Positions 63,395 through 64,000 of a stretch of DNA of 64,000 bases are shown here, one piece after another. The DNA is from Capsulimonadaceae bacterium (lineage in GTDB: Bacteria; Armatimonadota; Armatimonadia; Armatimonadales; Capsulimonadaceae): positions 5,376,001 to 5,440,000 of the forward strand of contig OZ244065.1 in the NCBI GenBank assembly GCA_965215505.1, given 5' to 3'. A model generated the notes under the pieces. That model was not told the DNA's origin. It saw nothing but the letters and a program-made list of their open reading frames with translations, and did not search any database. Positions within the stretch are counted from its first letter, which is position 1. Every line of letters starts with the position of its first letter. Position numbers and translations under genes: made by a program.

Positions 63395-64000
63395 GCGGCC
63401 CCCTTCTGTTGCAGTGCGATCAGGCCGTTCAGCACCTTGTCCGGGGTGATCGGCAGGGTGCGGATGCGGACGCCGCAGGCGTTGTAAATGGCGTTCGCCA
63501 GTGCGCCCGCCGTGGGGATCGTCCCCGGCTCGGCCATGCCGATGACGCCGCGCGGGTCGTCCTCGATGATGGAGGTGAACTCGGGCATTTCCAGTGCGCC
63601 GGGCAGCTTGTACTCTTCAAAGTTCGCGTTGAGCATCAGGCCGGTTTCGCGGTCCGTCACCTTGCCCTCGTACAGCCCGTAGCCCATGGCCTGGATCAAG
63701 CCGCCGTTGAGCTGGCTCTCAATGGCCAGGCGGTTCAGAGGCAGGCCGCAGTCCTGGACGCCGATGAGCCGCAACACCTGCACCTTGCCGGTTTCGGTAT
63801 CCACTTCCACCTCGGCCAGATGGACGCCGTGCGCGCCCTCGGAGGACAGGCCCGGCTTCCACTCGCCCTCGGCGGTGACTCCCTGCGTCCCTAGGGCGGC
63901 GCAGGCCTGTTTCCAGGAGACGGTCTTGCCGCCTGTCGCGATGATGTTCCCCTCATGTGCGGTCAGGTCTTCCGGCTTCGCGCCGAGGGCGGGCGCGATG
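63391..64000 (-). CDS. Xanthine-dehydrogenase-family molybdopterin-binding subunit, C-terminal part
   Basis: EVDTETGKV, QDCG..LN, Q.NGG..Q..G, G.AE and ANAIYNACGVRIR.LPITP; open to the window edge. Confidence 0.92.
   Translation of the reverse strand, partial: IAPALGAKPEDLTAHEGNIIATGGKTVSWKQACAALGTQGVTAEGEWKPGLSSEGAHGVHLAEVEVDTETGKVQVLRLIGVQDCGLPLNRLAIESQLNGGLIQAMGYGLYEGKVTDRETGLMLNANFEEYKLPGALEMPEFTSIIEDDPRGVIGMAEPGTIPTAGALANAIYNACGVRIRTLPITPDKVLNGLIALQQKGAA

Overview
GC-rich bacterial chromosomal window. It is probably Armatimonadota (Capsulimonas-like); this is inferred from VPEA/VPEP-type PEP-CTERM proteins, prepilin/H-X9-DG (DUF1559-like) proteins and many glycoside hydrolases. I see about 60 CDS and no rRNA, tRNA, CRISPR array, transposase or integrase. 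Main blocks: (1) a DUF4258/YgiT-zinc-finger toxin-antitoxin-like pair; (2) a T-box riboswitch with an AUG (Met) specifier, not a Thr codon, upstream of a 'threonine synthase' + chlorite-dismutase/ChdC-family + ThiS/MoaD sulfur carrier (C-terminal GG-N) + NIL-domain operon, which points to a sulfur-carrier route to homocysteine/methionine; (3) a duplicated promoter with 11-bp-periodic TTAA boxes (Pho-box-like) in front of a PstS-like, PEP-CTERM and pilin-like cluster; (4) a type IV pilin cluster with a DUF2723 (GT-C, TMEM260-like) glycosyltransferase between two paralogous pilins and three sigma28-like promoters; (5) carbohydrate genes (GH3, GH39, GH43, GH51, an (alpha/alpha)6 hydrolase, two SGNH esterases, two divergent sugar ABC operons); (6) a coupled asparagine-synthase-like + radical SAM + flavin-halogenase-like operon; (7) a signalling/conflict cluster (TRAF-binding/SLOG-like nucleotide cyclase, stand-alone RyR domain, heme-c DUF3365-HAMP sensor, TIR protein, EAL protein) and an orphan Pycsar-type membrane effector nearby; (8) a TetR/oxidoreductase islet flanked by diverged duplicate gene fragments; (9) the 3' part of a xanthine-dehydrogenase-family operon. 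A GTAG-type REP family is scattered across the window, including one copy inside the T-box. All family assignments come from motif recognition by eye, not from database searches.
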